Source of the DNA: Eledone cirrhosa
Taxonomy: Eukaryota
Length of the DNA: 64,000 nucleotides
Assembly: GCA_964016885.1 (NCBI GenBank)
Contig: OZ024754.1
Span: forward strand, 17,112,001-17,176,000
Direction of reading: 5' to 3'
Positions 52,333 through 64,000 of the stretch are shown here, one piece after another. Below the pieces are notes generated by a model, which was not told where the DNA came from, did no database searches, and was given only the letters and a program-made list of their open reading frames with translations. Each line of letters opens with the position of its first letter. Position 1 is the first letter of the stretch. Position numbers and translations under genes: made by a program.

Positions 52333-53424
52333 CCCTTTAGCATTTAAACCGGCCATATCCGGCCAGAATTCTCTCACCTCTTTCTGTTCAAACTGGCTGT
52401 AACTGGCCACTCATACTGATGTTAAGGTATTGTTCTTAAAGTAAATAATAACATCATCAAAATCTCAGATTCAATGTGAATAATTATGTGAGATAAAGCC
52501 TTTACTGTGAAAATACAATAGTATATATAGAGTAATGTGAATGTTATGTGAGATATTGTGAGATATCAATAGTATATATAGAGTAATGTAAATGTTTTGT
52601 GAGATATTATGTGAGGCAAAGCCTTTACTGTGAAAATACAATAGTATATATAGAGTAATGTGAATGTTATGTGAGATATTGTGAGATAAAGCCTTTACTG
52701 TGAAAATACAATAGTATATATAGAGTAATGTAAATGTTATGTGAGATAAAGCCTTTACTGTGAAAATACAATAGTATATATAGAGTAATGTAAATGTTAT
52801 GTGAGATATTATGTGAGATAAAGCCTTTACTGTGAAAATACAATAGTATATATAGAGTAATGTGAATGTTATGTGAGATATTGTGAGATAAAGCCTTTAC
52901 TGTGAAAATACAATAGTATATATAGAGTAATGTAAATGTTATGTGAGATATTATGTGAGGTAAAGCCTTTACTGTGAAAATACAATAGTATATATAGAGT
53001 AATGTGAATGTTATGTGAGATATTGTGAGATAAAGCCTTTACTGTGAAAATACAATAGTATATATAGAGTAATGTAAATGTTATGTGAGATATTATGTGA
53101 GGTAAAGCCTTTACTGTGAAAATACAATAGTATATATAGAGTAATGTGAATGTTATGTGAGGTAAAGCCTTTACTGTGAAAATACAATAGTATATATAGA
53201 GTAATGTAAATGTTATGTGAGATATTATGTGAGGTAAAGCCTTTACTGTGAAAATACAATAGTATATATAGAGTAATGTAAATGTTATGTGAGATAAAGC
53301 CTTTACTGTGAAAATACAATAGTATATATAGAGTAATGTGAATGTTATGTGAGATATTATGTGAGATAAAGCCTTTACTGTGAAAATACAATAGTATATA
53401 TAGAGTAATGTGAATGCTAAAGGG
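52333..53424 (+). mobile_element. TTAA MITE expanded by internal tandem amplification
   Basis: Both termini are retained. The internal segment gtgagataaagcctttactgtgaaaatacaatagtatatatagagtaatgt(a/g)aatgttat is repeated more than ten times (about 59-72 bp units). Confidence 0.9.
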
Positions 53425-53861
53425 TCAACGCAGTTCTCAGAGAGATTCAATGTGGTGTAATGTGTGGTTGATCCCTTGATTCACAGGTACAACTCATCTT
53501 TTTGCCAGGTGAGTGGACCAGACCAAAGCAATGTGAAATATAGGGTCTGGATCAAGGACACAATATAGGGTCCTGTATGAGAGTTGAACTCACAACCTCA
53601 CTATCGTGATTCCAGCACCTTAACCATTTCTCCACATGCTTTCATATATTATTAGATCAACATGCTTTCTTTAAGATAGCATGTTGATACAGTGAAATTC
53701 CGTTATAATGAAATTCACAAGGTATAAAAAAAATTTATTGTAATGAAAAATTCTTTATAATGAGATCTACTGAAACAAATCTACCGTTTGTTTGTTATTA
53801 CCTCGGGAATTGAAAAAAAATTTGTTATACTGAAAAATTCATTATAATGGAATTTTACCTG

Positions 53862-56800
53862 TCATCATCATCATCGTTTAATGTTATTTTTCCACGCTAC
53901 CATGGGTTTAGATGGGAATTGTCCTCCTGGAGGCAAGATTGGTTGTCTTGCTCATATAGGACTGTCTGGCAGGTTTTCTACGGCTGGATGCCCTTCTTAA
54001 CACCAACCACGTTTACAGTGTGGAACTGTGAGGTTTTTACCGTGTTACCTACACGGCCACATTACAGCGTGGATTGTGTGTTTTTTTGTCGTGACACCTA
54101 CACGACCTCGTTTATTTAGGACTGGATGTTGTGGTACCAACATAACTTTACAGAGAAAGAGGTGGTGTTGATGGGGTGGGGGTGGGGTAGTGGGGAGGGG
54201 TATATTTGATTAAGAGGTGCCTACTGACTGTAGGTTTCGCTTTGTACTTAGGCAAGGCGGGTCTTCTGTATTACTGTGTAGCGCCAAAGATCTAGGTCCA
54301 GTGACATTGTCTTAGAGAGGTGTAAGTGTGTAAGGTCGGAATTTATCAAATTGTCCCAGGTTTTTCTGGGTCTGCCTACTCTGTAACTTCCATCAATTTT
54401 GATCGCCCTGCACTTTTTTATACAGCTGTCGTCTTTCATGCACATCACGTGACCATACCAATGTAGTCTTCTCTCGAGTAAACAGCATCTGATCCCTCTT
54501 ATTCCTAATTTCTCACTTAGTTCATTTATGCTTTGCTGTTCACGTATATTACTATTACACATCCAACGGAGCATGCATGCTTCGTTCCTTTCCAGTCTGC
54601 GCAAGTCCTCTGCACACAATGCCCATGTCTCACTGCCATGTAGCATTGGTGTTCGTATACAAGCATCATACAATCTACCTTTGATTTTTAGAGAGAAACA
54701 TTTAGCGGCCAATAGTGGTATAAGCTCTCTGAACTTTTTCCATCCCGTTCTGACTCTGGCTACTGTACTTTCAGAGCACCCTCCACCACTGCTGATTTTG
54801 TCACTCGGGTAACGAAGGTGTCTACTATTTCTATAGAGCCATCTGGGCAATAGAAGGAGCTAGTATCCTGTGGGCACTTGCTATTTATTGCACCTGAGCA
54901 CTAACCACATATAAAATCTGCGTTCTTAGATAGCTTACCTGTGATCTCACTACATCTTTTATGCACCCATACTTTGCATTTGGGACATAAGAGGGGACCT
55001 GTGCCTTATTTTCCTTCCTACATACTAGAACTTTAGTCTTAGACAAGTTAACTTTAAGGCCTTTTGATTCTAGGCCATGCTTCCATGTTTGGAATTTCTT
55101 CTCTAGTTCAGCCATCGATTCAGCTATGAGCCTTAGATCATCTGCGTATAGAAATCCCCATGGGCAGCCGGTCTTGAACTCCTCTGTTATAGTCTGAAGG
55201 GCAATAATAAATAGGAGGGGGCTAAGGACAGAGCCCTGATGAACACCAACTTTTACGCTAAATTCTTCACTATATTCGTTGTTAATTCTAACCTTACTGA
55301 CTGTTTCTTTATACATAGCTTGTATAGCTCTCACAAGCTATTCATCAATCTCTAGTTTTCTAAGGGCCCACCAGATAATGGTGCGGGAGGACTCTGTCAA
55401 AGGCTTTCTCCAAGTCGACAAAAGCTAAGTATAGGGGTTTATTTTTAGCTAGGTACTTCTGTAGTTGTCGTACAAGGAAAAGGGCGTCTGTTGTACTTTT
55501 ACCTGACACAAACCCAAACTGCATTTCATCTAGATCAATTCGCTCTCGGATTAGTTGCACTATAACTTTTTCTGTGACCTTCATGACCTGGTCAATTAAT
55601 TTAATGCCTCTATAGTTTCCCCTATCTAGGGCATCTCCTTTACCCTTGTAGCAGTTAATGATGATGCTGCTATGCCAGTCATTTGGTATGACCCCATTTT
55701 GTATGACTTGGTTTACTACCCGGGAGACCATAGTGTGTCTCACCATTCCAGATGCTTTCAGCATTTCAGCAACTATCTCCGAAGGCCCAGCTACCTTGCC
55801 CGTCTTCATATCTTTGATTGCCTTACTTATTATACTACCTTCAACTAGCACTGCTGCTCCCTCTATTGGATCGATTTGGGGCAGACTATCTTTTTTCCAC
55901 CTATTCTCCTCATTTAGTAGCCTCTGGTAGTGACACTTCCAAGCTACCCTCTTATCAGCATCAGTGATAGCAAGTACACCATCATCATTACGGACACACT
56001 TCTCCCCGACAATATCACGGTTTTCCTTGACACATTGCCTAGCAATCCTGAACACCTCACATTTTTGCTCCTCGCATTGTAGAACATACTTGAACTTTCT
56101 TTCCTCTGCTTCCCTTCTTGCAAGGTACACTTGTCTCTTAACTTCTCTCCTGGCTACTTGATAGTATTCTCTACTTCCCCCATCCTGCCATATTTTCCAA
56201 GCCTGCTTTTTGGCCTTGATAGACTCCTCCACCTTACTGTTCCACCACCACGTTACTCTCCTCCTGTCTATAGGTCTGCTCCAGCCACAGATTTTATCTG
56301 TCACCTTCAGTAGGTTTGCTTTCAGGAATTCCCACTGTTCCTCTATATTGTACGACTCTAAATGCTCTTCCTTACTGTCAAAAGCATCAAGTAATATGCT
56401 TTTAAATTTATTACTGGCTGTGGGGTCCTTTAACTTCCCTATTCTTCTCCTTAGGGTAGTCCTCCTCTGTTGTCGAGTGCGTCTCGTCCTGACTATGAGG
56501 TCGCTAACTATGAGGCTATGTTGGGAGGTGCATTCTTCACGGGGGAGGGATTTAGTGTTTACAACCGACACTCTGTCACGTCTTCTGGTAAGGATATAAT
56601 CTGGCCTGTTCCCCTGATCTATAGGTGATCAAGTGATTGTCTCGTTTTTTGAAGTTTGTGTTACAGATAGTTAGGTTATTAGTGTTACAGAATTCCAGGA
56701 TTCTGAAGCCTTCCTCATTTCTGGTACCAAACCCGTAGCCTCCATGGATTCCGTCATAGCCATTAGAATGTTGTCCAACATGACCATTTAAGTCGGCTGC

Positions 56801-57960
56801 AATAATTATGTAGTCACTGTCGGTTATTTGGGAGGTAGTGAGCATTAGCAACTCATAGAATCTGTCTTTTATAACGCCAGGCAGTCCAGATTGGGGTGCA
56901 TAAGCGGATATTATTGTCACAGTAGTTCTATTTAGGACAAGTCTTATTTTAATTATTCTCTCGTTCACTCTATTTACATCTATTATCTTATCTACCCATT
57001 TTTCTGCTAACATAATTCCTACTCCACCCAGCCCATTGTCTTTTCCCACCCAGAAAAGTTTATAACATGGTTTTTTACCCACAATGAATCTAGTAGACCC
57101 ACCCCTCCACCTGGTCTCTTGAACACAGCAAACATCGACTTCCTTACATTCAAGCATGTCTACAACCTCGTTAGAGCGACCTTTTAAAGTGCCTACATTC
57201 ATGGTACCAACTCTGAAGTTTTGGATTGCATTTGGTGGTTGAGAAGGAGGGGTTGGAGGCGCAGAGAGGGGTGAGGGAGATGGGGTTATGTTAGCCATCT
57301 GCGGCCGAAATAAAGAGGATCCTTGCATTTTCGTCCGGCAACATGAGGTGAATTTATCTTTATTTTTGACATTGTCATTGAGTGTCCAGATTTGTCAGTC
57401 TCTTCAGAATTCTATAGTCCACCTAGCATATCGAAAAGCAACCAGGTCTAAACTTAACGAGGCGGTGGTTTTGTGAAAGAGATTGGTAAGAGAAACATAT
57501 TATAAGCCGCTGAATTATGATTGGACCAAATAGTAATGGTAGCGAGTGGGGGGTGGGGAGGGATATGGGGAAGTTAACTAGAAGGTTATTTTTATAATAT
57601 ACTCCTGCAAATTCGACCATAATTAAACAAACATATAACAGTAATCAGAGTTTAAATATGAGAAGAAGATTGTTTTGAGGGTCTGACAGAATTATGGGAG
57701 TTTAAAATACAAGAAGATTTTTGTGAAGGTCTGACAGAATTATCGAATAACATTGAAAAGATTGGATTCTAAGTTAAACGGGCGATATGATACTGATAGG
57801 TAGATGGACTAGGAAAACATTGGAGAGATGTGAAAAATAGGGTGAAATACATTACATTTCTCAAAAGCAAGCATTCGGCCAAGATTAGTTTAAATTTATT
57901 AATAAACAAGCGAAAGGCTAACTGTTGCCAAAGAGTGCCTAACAGTGTTTTAATCCTGGA
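53862..57960 (-). mobile_element. Near-full-length decayed RTE-clade LINE
   Basis: Consecutive frameshifted ORFs 57328-56576 (APE), 56571-55360, 55334-54885 (GVHQGSVLSPLLF, LYADD) and 54850-54248. The 3' UTR ends in (ATG)n at 53862. The 5' boundary is approximate. Confidence 0.95.
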
Positions 57961-58289
57961 TTTAATCTTCCTTTCAATGTCATTATAACATATTCATAAT
58001 TATCAAAATATTTAGAATTTACAATTAACTCCAAACAGAATTGAAATGCAAACATTAAAAACGGATGTGGAAATATTGAAGTTTTTATAATATTAACCCA
58101 CTTGTGTGATTGCTTGGACAGTTGTCATCTTCATCATATGTCCATTCTTCCACGCTAGCATCAGTTAGACTAGTTGTCCTGTTGTAGGCAATGCTAGGTC
58201 AGGTGACAATGTCTTACTCATACAGAACTGATTCTGGTTTGGTTTCTACAGCTGGATGCCTTTCCTAATGCCAACCTCATTTACAATGA

Positions 58290-58871
58290 GTACTAGGTAC
58301 TTTTTGGCGCGACACCTATACGACCACTTTACAGTGTGGACTGGGTGCTTTTTCTTGTGACACCTACACGTCCACGTTACAGTGTGGACTGGGTGCTTTT
58401 TGTTGTGACACCTACACGTCCACGTTACAGTGTTGACTGGGTGCTTTTTGTTGTGACACCTACACGTCCACATTACAGTGTGGACTGGGTGCTTTTTGTT
58501 GTGACACCTACATGACCACCATTACAGTGTGGACTGGGTGCTTTTAGTAATGACACCTATATGACCACTTTATAGTGTGGGCTAGATGGTTTTAGTCATG
58601 ACACCTACGCAACCACTTTACAGTGTAAGCTGGGTACTTTTTATAATTCAATAGAAATCGGTTAATTTTATTGATTAATTATTCATTAATATAAATTTTC
58701 AAATGAAATAGAATTATAGGAAATTTTAGTAGTGTAGGCTGGGAGCTTTTTGTTGTGACACCTCTGTACACAACCACTTTATAGTGTGGGCTAGGTGCTC
58801 TTTGTCTTGACACCGACATGACCACTTTATAGTGTGGGCTGGGTGCTTTTTTTCTTGTCACCTACATGACC
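58290..58871. repeat. About 48-bp tandem repeat inside a retroelement 3' region
   Basis: Unit acagtgtggactgggtgctttttgttgtgacacctacacgtccacgtt. A single copy of this unit occurs in the RTE 3' UTR. Confidence 0.85.
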
Positions 58872-58905
58872 ATTGACTAATTATTATTTTTGTTTCATTA
58901 TACAG

Positions 58906-59121
58906 AATGAATATGGAGAAGATCTTGATAATAACTCCATTGGAAGTGACAATGCACCACCTCTATCAGCTATCAATAAAGAGGTAGATGTGATACCACC
59001 GGTTACACTTCATCCAATTCCATTTCCAGATAAACCAGATAAGAAGAAATCACCTTTAAAACCTGGGAAGAAACTCTATGAGTTTTATAACGCACCTATA
59101 ACAAAATTCTGGGCACACACT
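58906..59121 (+). CDS. TRPM: TRPM exon (NEYGED...GKKLYEFYNAPITKFWAHT)
   Basis: tacag| acceptor, |gtaagt donor, 216 nt. Ends in the K.YEFYNAPI.KFW motif preceding S1. Confidence 0.94.
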
Positions 59122-61618
59122 GTAAGTATAACAGACATCATCATCATCTCATAACATCCTGTTAATATTTAGCAGAAAATATCTAAACCTGGGTTTGTTA
59201 ATTAGAATGTCCACTGGTAGACAAATAGAATGTCCACTGGTAGACAAATAGAATGTCCACTGGTAGACAAATTGTTTTGAAAATTTGTTGTATTATCTCA
59301 TAACATCCTGTTAATATTTATCAGAGACTGTCTAAAAATGGGTTTGTTAATTCAAATATTTATTGTATCTTTACTGGTGGACAGAGTGTATTAAAGTAAA
59401 GACTTCAATTTTCAAATGTGGTACAATTATAGTGCGCTATGTACTTTTCAAATACGTCTTGCTAATGCGTTTTCATGCAGTACAGGACATTAAGAGTTGG
59501 TGCAACAAAGATAGATATTCTGCAGCTTGGAGATATGTCAAAATTACAAAGGAAATTTATCAGTTGTGTATCTTTCACAGCAATGTATGAAAACAATATG
59601 TAGGTTATATGATGCTATAATCAATCATGATATGAATCTTAACAAATGTATTGTTTCTGCACCAACACCACCACCACCAGTAAAACAATATGTAGAATTG
59701 AATTTTATTTTAATTTAAATTTTTTTTTTTTTTTGTTAAATATAATTTTATTCAACACATACAGACATGGCTGTGTGATATAGAAGTTCACTTTGCAACA
59801 ACATAGATAATTGTTTTCAGTCCTATTGTGTGGCACCATGGGCATGTGTCTTCTACTATAGCCTCGAGTTGACCAGTACCTCATCAGTGGGATCTTGGTT
59901 GACAGAAATTATACTGTATTCCTTTGTGTTGTAAGAAGTGACTTAAAGCATTGGTGTTAGAATGGGCAGCCAGCTGTAAAACATTGCCTCAAAAAGTCTT
60001 GGCTAATTCATGCCAACATGGAAAAGTTGATGTAAAAACAATGATGGTGGTGATATATACACATACATGCATGTGCACACACACATACATACGTCTGTAT
60101 TTATGTTGCTGCAAGTTAGCAGCTTTACAAATGGAAATCTATAAAATAAATACCAGACTTAAAAAATATGTAATGGGTTTGATATAATCAATTAAAAACC
60201 ATTCAAAGCATTGCCCCAGAATGGTCTCGGTCACATGGCTAAAATCAGCAAAAGAATATTTTTTAAAAAGCAGGCTTTTAGTTTTACAGTGAAAGAGTTC
60301 CTGAACTACAGCTTTTTAGGGAATACATTCAATACTTATATTTTAGAACCTTAATTAGATTTTTCATTACCTGATACTCTTGGGTCTCCAATAGAATAGG
60401 GGTGGGGGGTTGGAATAAGCGTAACAGTTGGAAAATCGATCATTTTCCTAGGTTGTCTCCCTTGATTTTTTAAAAATCCAAAATTAGTTGTTTAGTTTAC
60501 ATATTGAGACCCCAACCCTTCCTATTTATTTTATAATGTATGAGATTTTTCGTGATGATATTTTTCTGTCATGTATAATGTTTTTTAATGTATATAGAAA
60601 ATTGTCACCAGAATGCTACCACTTAAAATAACATTTCGCCAGAGATAGGTTAGCAAAATTTAATAAGTGGGTTTTTTTCTCTCTCAAATTTGAAAACTTA
60701 ATTTGCAGGGGACAAACACACATGGTTATTCAAGACCTGAGAGTGCAAACATAACTATGGTTAATACACTTTGAAACCACATGTTTTCAGGTTCAATCCC
60801 AATGTGTGACATCTTTGACAAGTGTCTTCGATTATAGCATTGGGCTAACCAATGCTTTGTGAATGAAATTTGGTAAATGGAATATGTATGGAAACCCATT
60901 GTGTGTGTGTGTGTGTGGTATGCATGTATATGTGTGTGTTTTCATACATCCATGTGTGTGTGAATGTTTCCATGCTTGCATGTATATTTTCATGCATGCA
61001 TAGGTGTGTATGTTTTCATTTATGTGTGTGTTTGTCATTGACACCCCTTAAGTAACTGTGAAGTTTCTTTATCTCACATAAACAGTATGTTGTCCTTTAG
61101 CCAAATGGTTAAACATCCAAAGACCAGTGGAATAAAGCACCTTGAAAAACTAGAATTGGCAGCACAAACTGTAAAATTCTGCCTCGAAAAGTCACATCCA
61201 ACCCATGCCAGCATGGAGAAAGTGGATGTAATGATGATAACAATGATGATGATATTCCATGAGGGAAAACCTTGTGCTCTTTTTTCCCTTTAAACTCTAG
61301 TCTTTCATGAAGTATATATGGTTTCTAGTTTGAAAATATAGTCACTACAATGCAGATAACTACAATAATAGTTGGTAACCATAAATAATAGTCAAATGAA
61401 TCGGGTAACTTACCCCTGAAAATGGAAAAAAATGTGGACAGAGACACCTGCAAAGAATCAAACCATGCATCTCTTGTATATGGGGTGAACATGTTTAACC
61501 CTTATGTTAAAGGATTCCTGGTTAATAATTACTGCTGTCTATTTAGAAGATTTGAGTGTGATGTTAGAATTGGTTTTTTTTTTCTTTTTTCTAATTTAAT
61601 TCTTGTTTTTACTTTCAG

Positions 61619-61747
61619 ATTTCTTATATGACATTCCTTGTCTGTTTTACATATATTGTCTTATTAAGAACTATACCAGTGCCTCGCTGGCAGGAGTATT
61701 ATGTTATTGCTTACATCGGAACTCTTGCATTAGAAAAGATGCGCATG
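61619..61747 (+). CDS. TRPM: TRPM exon, S1-S2 (ISYMTFLVCFTYIVLLRTIPVPRWQEYYVIAYIGTLALEKMRM)
   Basis: tttcag| acceptor, |gtaagt donor, 129 nt. Hydrophobic S1, P..QE..VI.YI motif and EKMR. Confidence 0.95.
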
Positions 61748-61857
61748 GTAAGTATTGGCTTTGAATTTCTTTTATTGATTCTTCCTTCAATCATTCCTTC
61801 CATGTTGTTATTTACTTCTCTTTTCGTTTGTATTCTGAAGAAATGTTATCTTAGAAG

Positions 61858-64000
61858 ATATGGTGTTACTGTTGGACTAATGTCATTTCCTATATGGTGT
61901 TACTGTTGGACTAATGTCATTTCCGATATGGTGTTACTGTTGGACTAATGTCATTTCCGATATGGTGTTACTGTTGGACTAATGTCATTTCCTATATGGT
62001 GTTACTGTTGGACTAACGTCATTTCCTATATGGTGTTACTGTTGGACTAATGTCATTTCCTATATGGTGTTACTGTTGGACTAATGTCATTTCCTATATG
62101 GTGTTACTGTTGGACTAATGTCATTTCCTATATGGTGTTACTGTTGGACTAATGGCATTTCCTATATGGTGTTACTGTTGGACTAATGTCATTTCCGATA
62201 TGGTGTTACTGTTGGACTAATGGCATTTCCTATATGGTGTTACTGTTGGACTAATGGCATTTCCGATATGGTGTTACTGTTGGACTAATGTCATTTCCGA
62301 TATGGTGTTACTGTTGGACTAATGTCATTTCCGATATGGTGTTACTGTTGGACTAATGGCATTTCCGATATGGTGTTACTGTTGGATAACGTCATTTCCT
62401 TTATGGTGTTACTGTTGGACTAATGTCATTTCCTATATGGTGTTACTGTTGGACTAATGGCATTTCCTATATGGTGTTATTGTTGGACTAATGTCATTTC
62501 CGATATGGTGTTACTGTTGGACTAATGGCATTTCCTATATGGTGTTATTGTTGGACTAATGTCATTTCCGATATGGTGTTACTGTTGGACTAATGTCATT
62601 TCCGATATGGTGTTATTGTTGGACTAATGTCATTTCCGATATGGTGTTACTGTTGGACTAATGTCATTTCCTATATGGTGTTACTGTTGGACTAATGTCA
62701 TTTCCTATATGGTGTTACTGTTGGACTAATGTCATTTCCTATATGGTGTTACTGTTGGACTAATGTCATTTCCGATATGGTGTTACTGTTGGACTAATGT
62801 CATTTCCGATATGGTGTTATTGTTGGACTAATGTCATTTCCGATATGGTGTTACTGTTGGACTAATGTCATTTCCTATATGGTGTTACTGTTGGACTAAT
62901 GTCATTTCCGATATGGTGTTACTGTTGGACTAACGTCATTTCCGATATGGTGTTACTGTTGGACTAATGTCATTTCCTATATGGTGTTACTGTTGGACTA
63001 ACGTCATTTCCGATATGGTGTTATTGTTGGACTAATGTCATTTCCGATATGGTGTTACTGTTGGACTAACGTCATTTCCGATATGGTGTTATTGTTGGAC
63101 TAATGTCATTTCCGATATGGTGTTACTGTTGGACTAACGTCATTTCCTATATGGTGTTACTGTTGGACTAATGTCATTTCCGATATGGTGTTACTGTTGG
63201 ACTAATGTCATTTCCGATATGGTGTTATTGTTGGACTAATGTCATTTCCTATATGGTGTTACTGTTGGACTAATGTCATTTCCGATATGGTGTTACTGTT
63301 GGACTAACGTCATTTCCGATATGGTGTTATTGTTGGACTAATGTCATTTCCTATATGGTGTTACTGTTGGACTAACGTCATTTCCGATATGGTGTTACTG
63401 TTGGACTAACGTCGTTTCCTATATGGTGTTACTGTTGGACTAATGTCATTTCCTATATGGTGTTACTGTTGGACTAATGTCATTTCCTATATGGTGTTAC
63501 TGTTGGACTAATGGCATTTCCTATATGGTGTTACTGTTGGACTAATGTCATTTCCGATATGGTGTTACTGTTGGACTAATGTCATTTCCGATATGGTGTT
63601 ACTGTTGGACTAACGGCATTTCCTATATGGTGTTACTGTTGGACTAATGTCATTTCCGATATGGTGTTACTGTTGGACTAACGGCATTTCCTATATGGTG
63701 TTACTGTTGGACTAATGTCATTTCCGATATGGTGTTACTGTTGGACTAACGGCATTTCCTATATGGTGTTACTGTTGGACTAACGTCATTTCCGATATGG
63801 TGTTACTGTTGGACTAATGTCATTTCCTATATGGTGTTACTGTTGGACTAATGTCATTTCCTATATGGTGTTACTGTTGGACTAATGTCATTTCCGATAT
63901 GGTGTTACTGTTGGACTAACGTCATTTCCGATATGGTGTTACTGTTGGACTAATGTCATTTCCGATATGGTGTTACTGTTGGACTAACGGCATTTCCTAT
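61858..64000. repeat. 34-bp minisatellite (about 63 copies, runs off the window)
   Basis: Unit atatggtgttactgttggactaatgtcatttcc(g/t). Confidence 0.98.

Noticed and set aside
55658-56599. Plus-strand ORFs over the LINE (also 19482-20050 on the - strand)
   Set aside because: Antisense shadows of the RTE coding sequence.

Overview
AT-rich, microsatellite-dense animal genomic DNA; the SINE, LINE and MITE content suggests an octopus or other coleoid cephalopod (inference). The window is the middle of one large + strand gene encoding a TRPM-family cation channel of the TRPM1/3/6/7 type. Nine clear GT-AG exons (20532-61747) splice in frame and run from the N-terminal TRPM homology region to transmembrane segments S1-S2. 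Two further frame-preserving candidate exons were found: a 132-nt exon at 12351-12482 and an 18-nt microexon at 33560-33577. The introns hold two decayed near-full-length RTE-clade LINEs, many tRNA-derived SINEs, TTAA-flanked piggyBac-type MITEs, Helitron remnants and several minisatellites (34, 43, 43, 48 and about 60-70 bp units). The most unusual signal is in the first 7 kb: short fold-back (palindromic) elements inserted in (TA)n runs. Three carry complete, mutually unrelated type I hammerhead ribozyme motifs with self-complementary stem III, and a fourth carries a weaker one. This matches the architecture of Penelope-like element or retrozyme termini. All structures were read by eye; no folding or database search was run.
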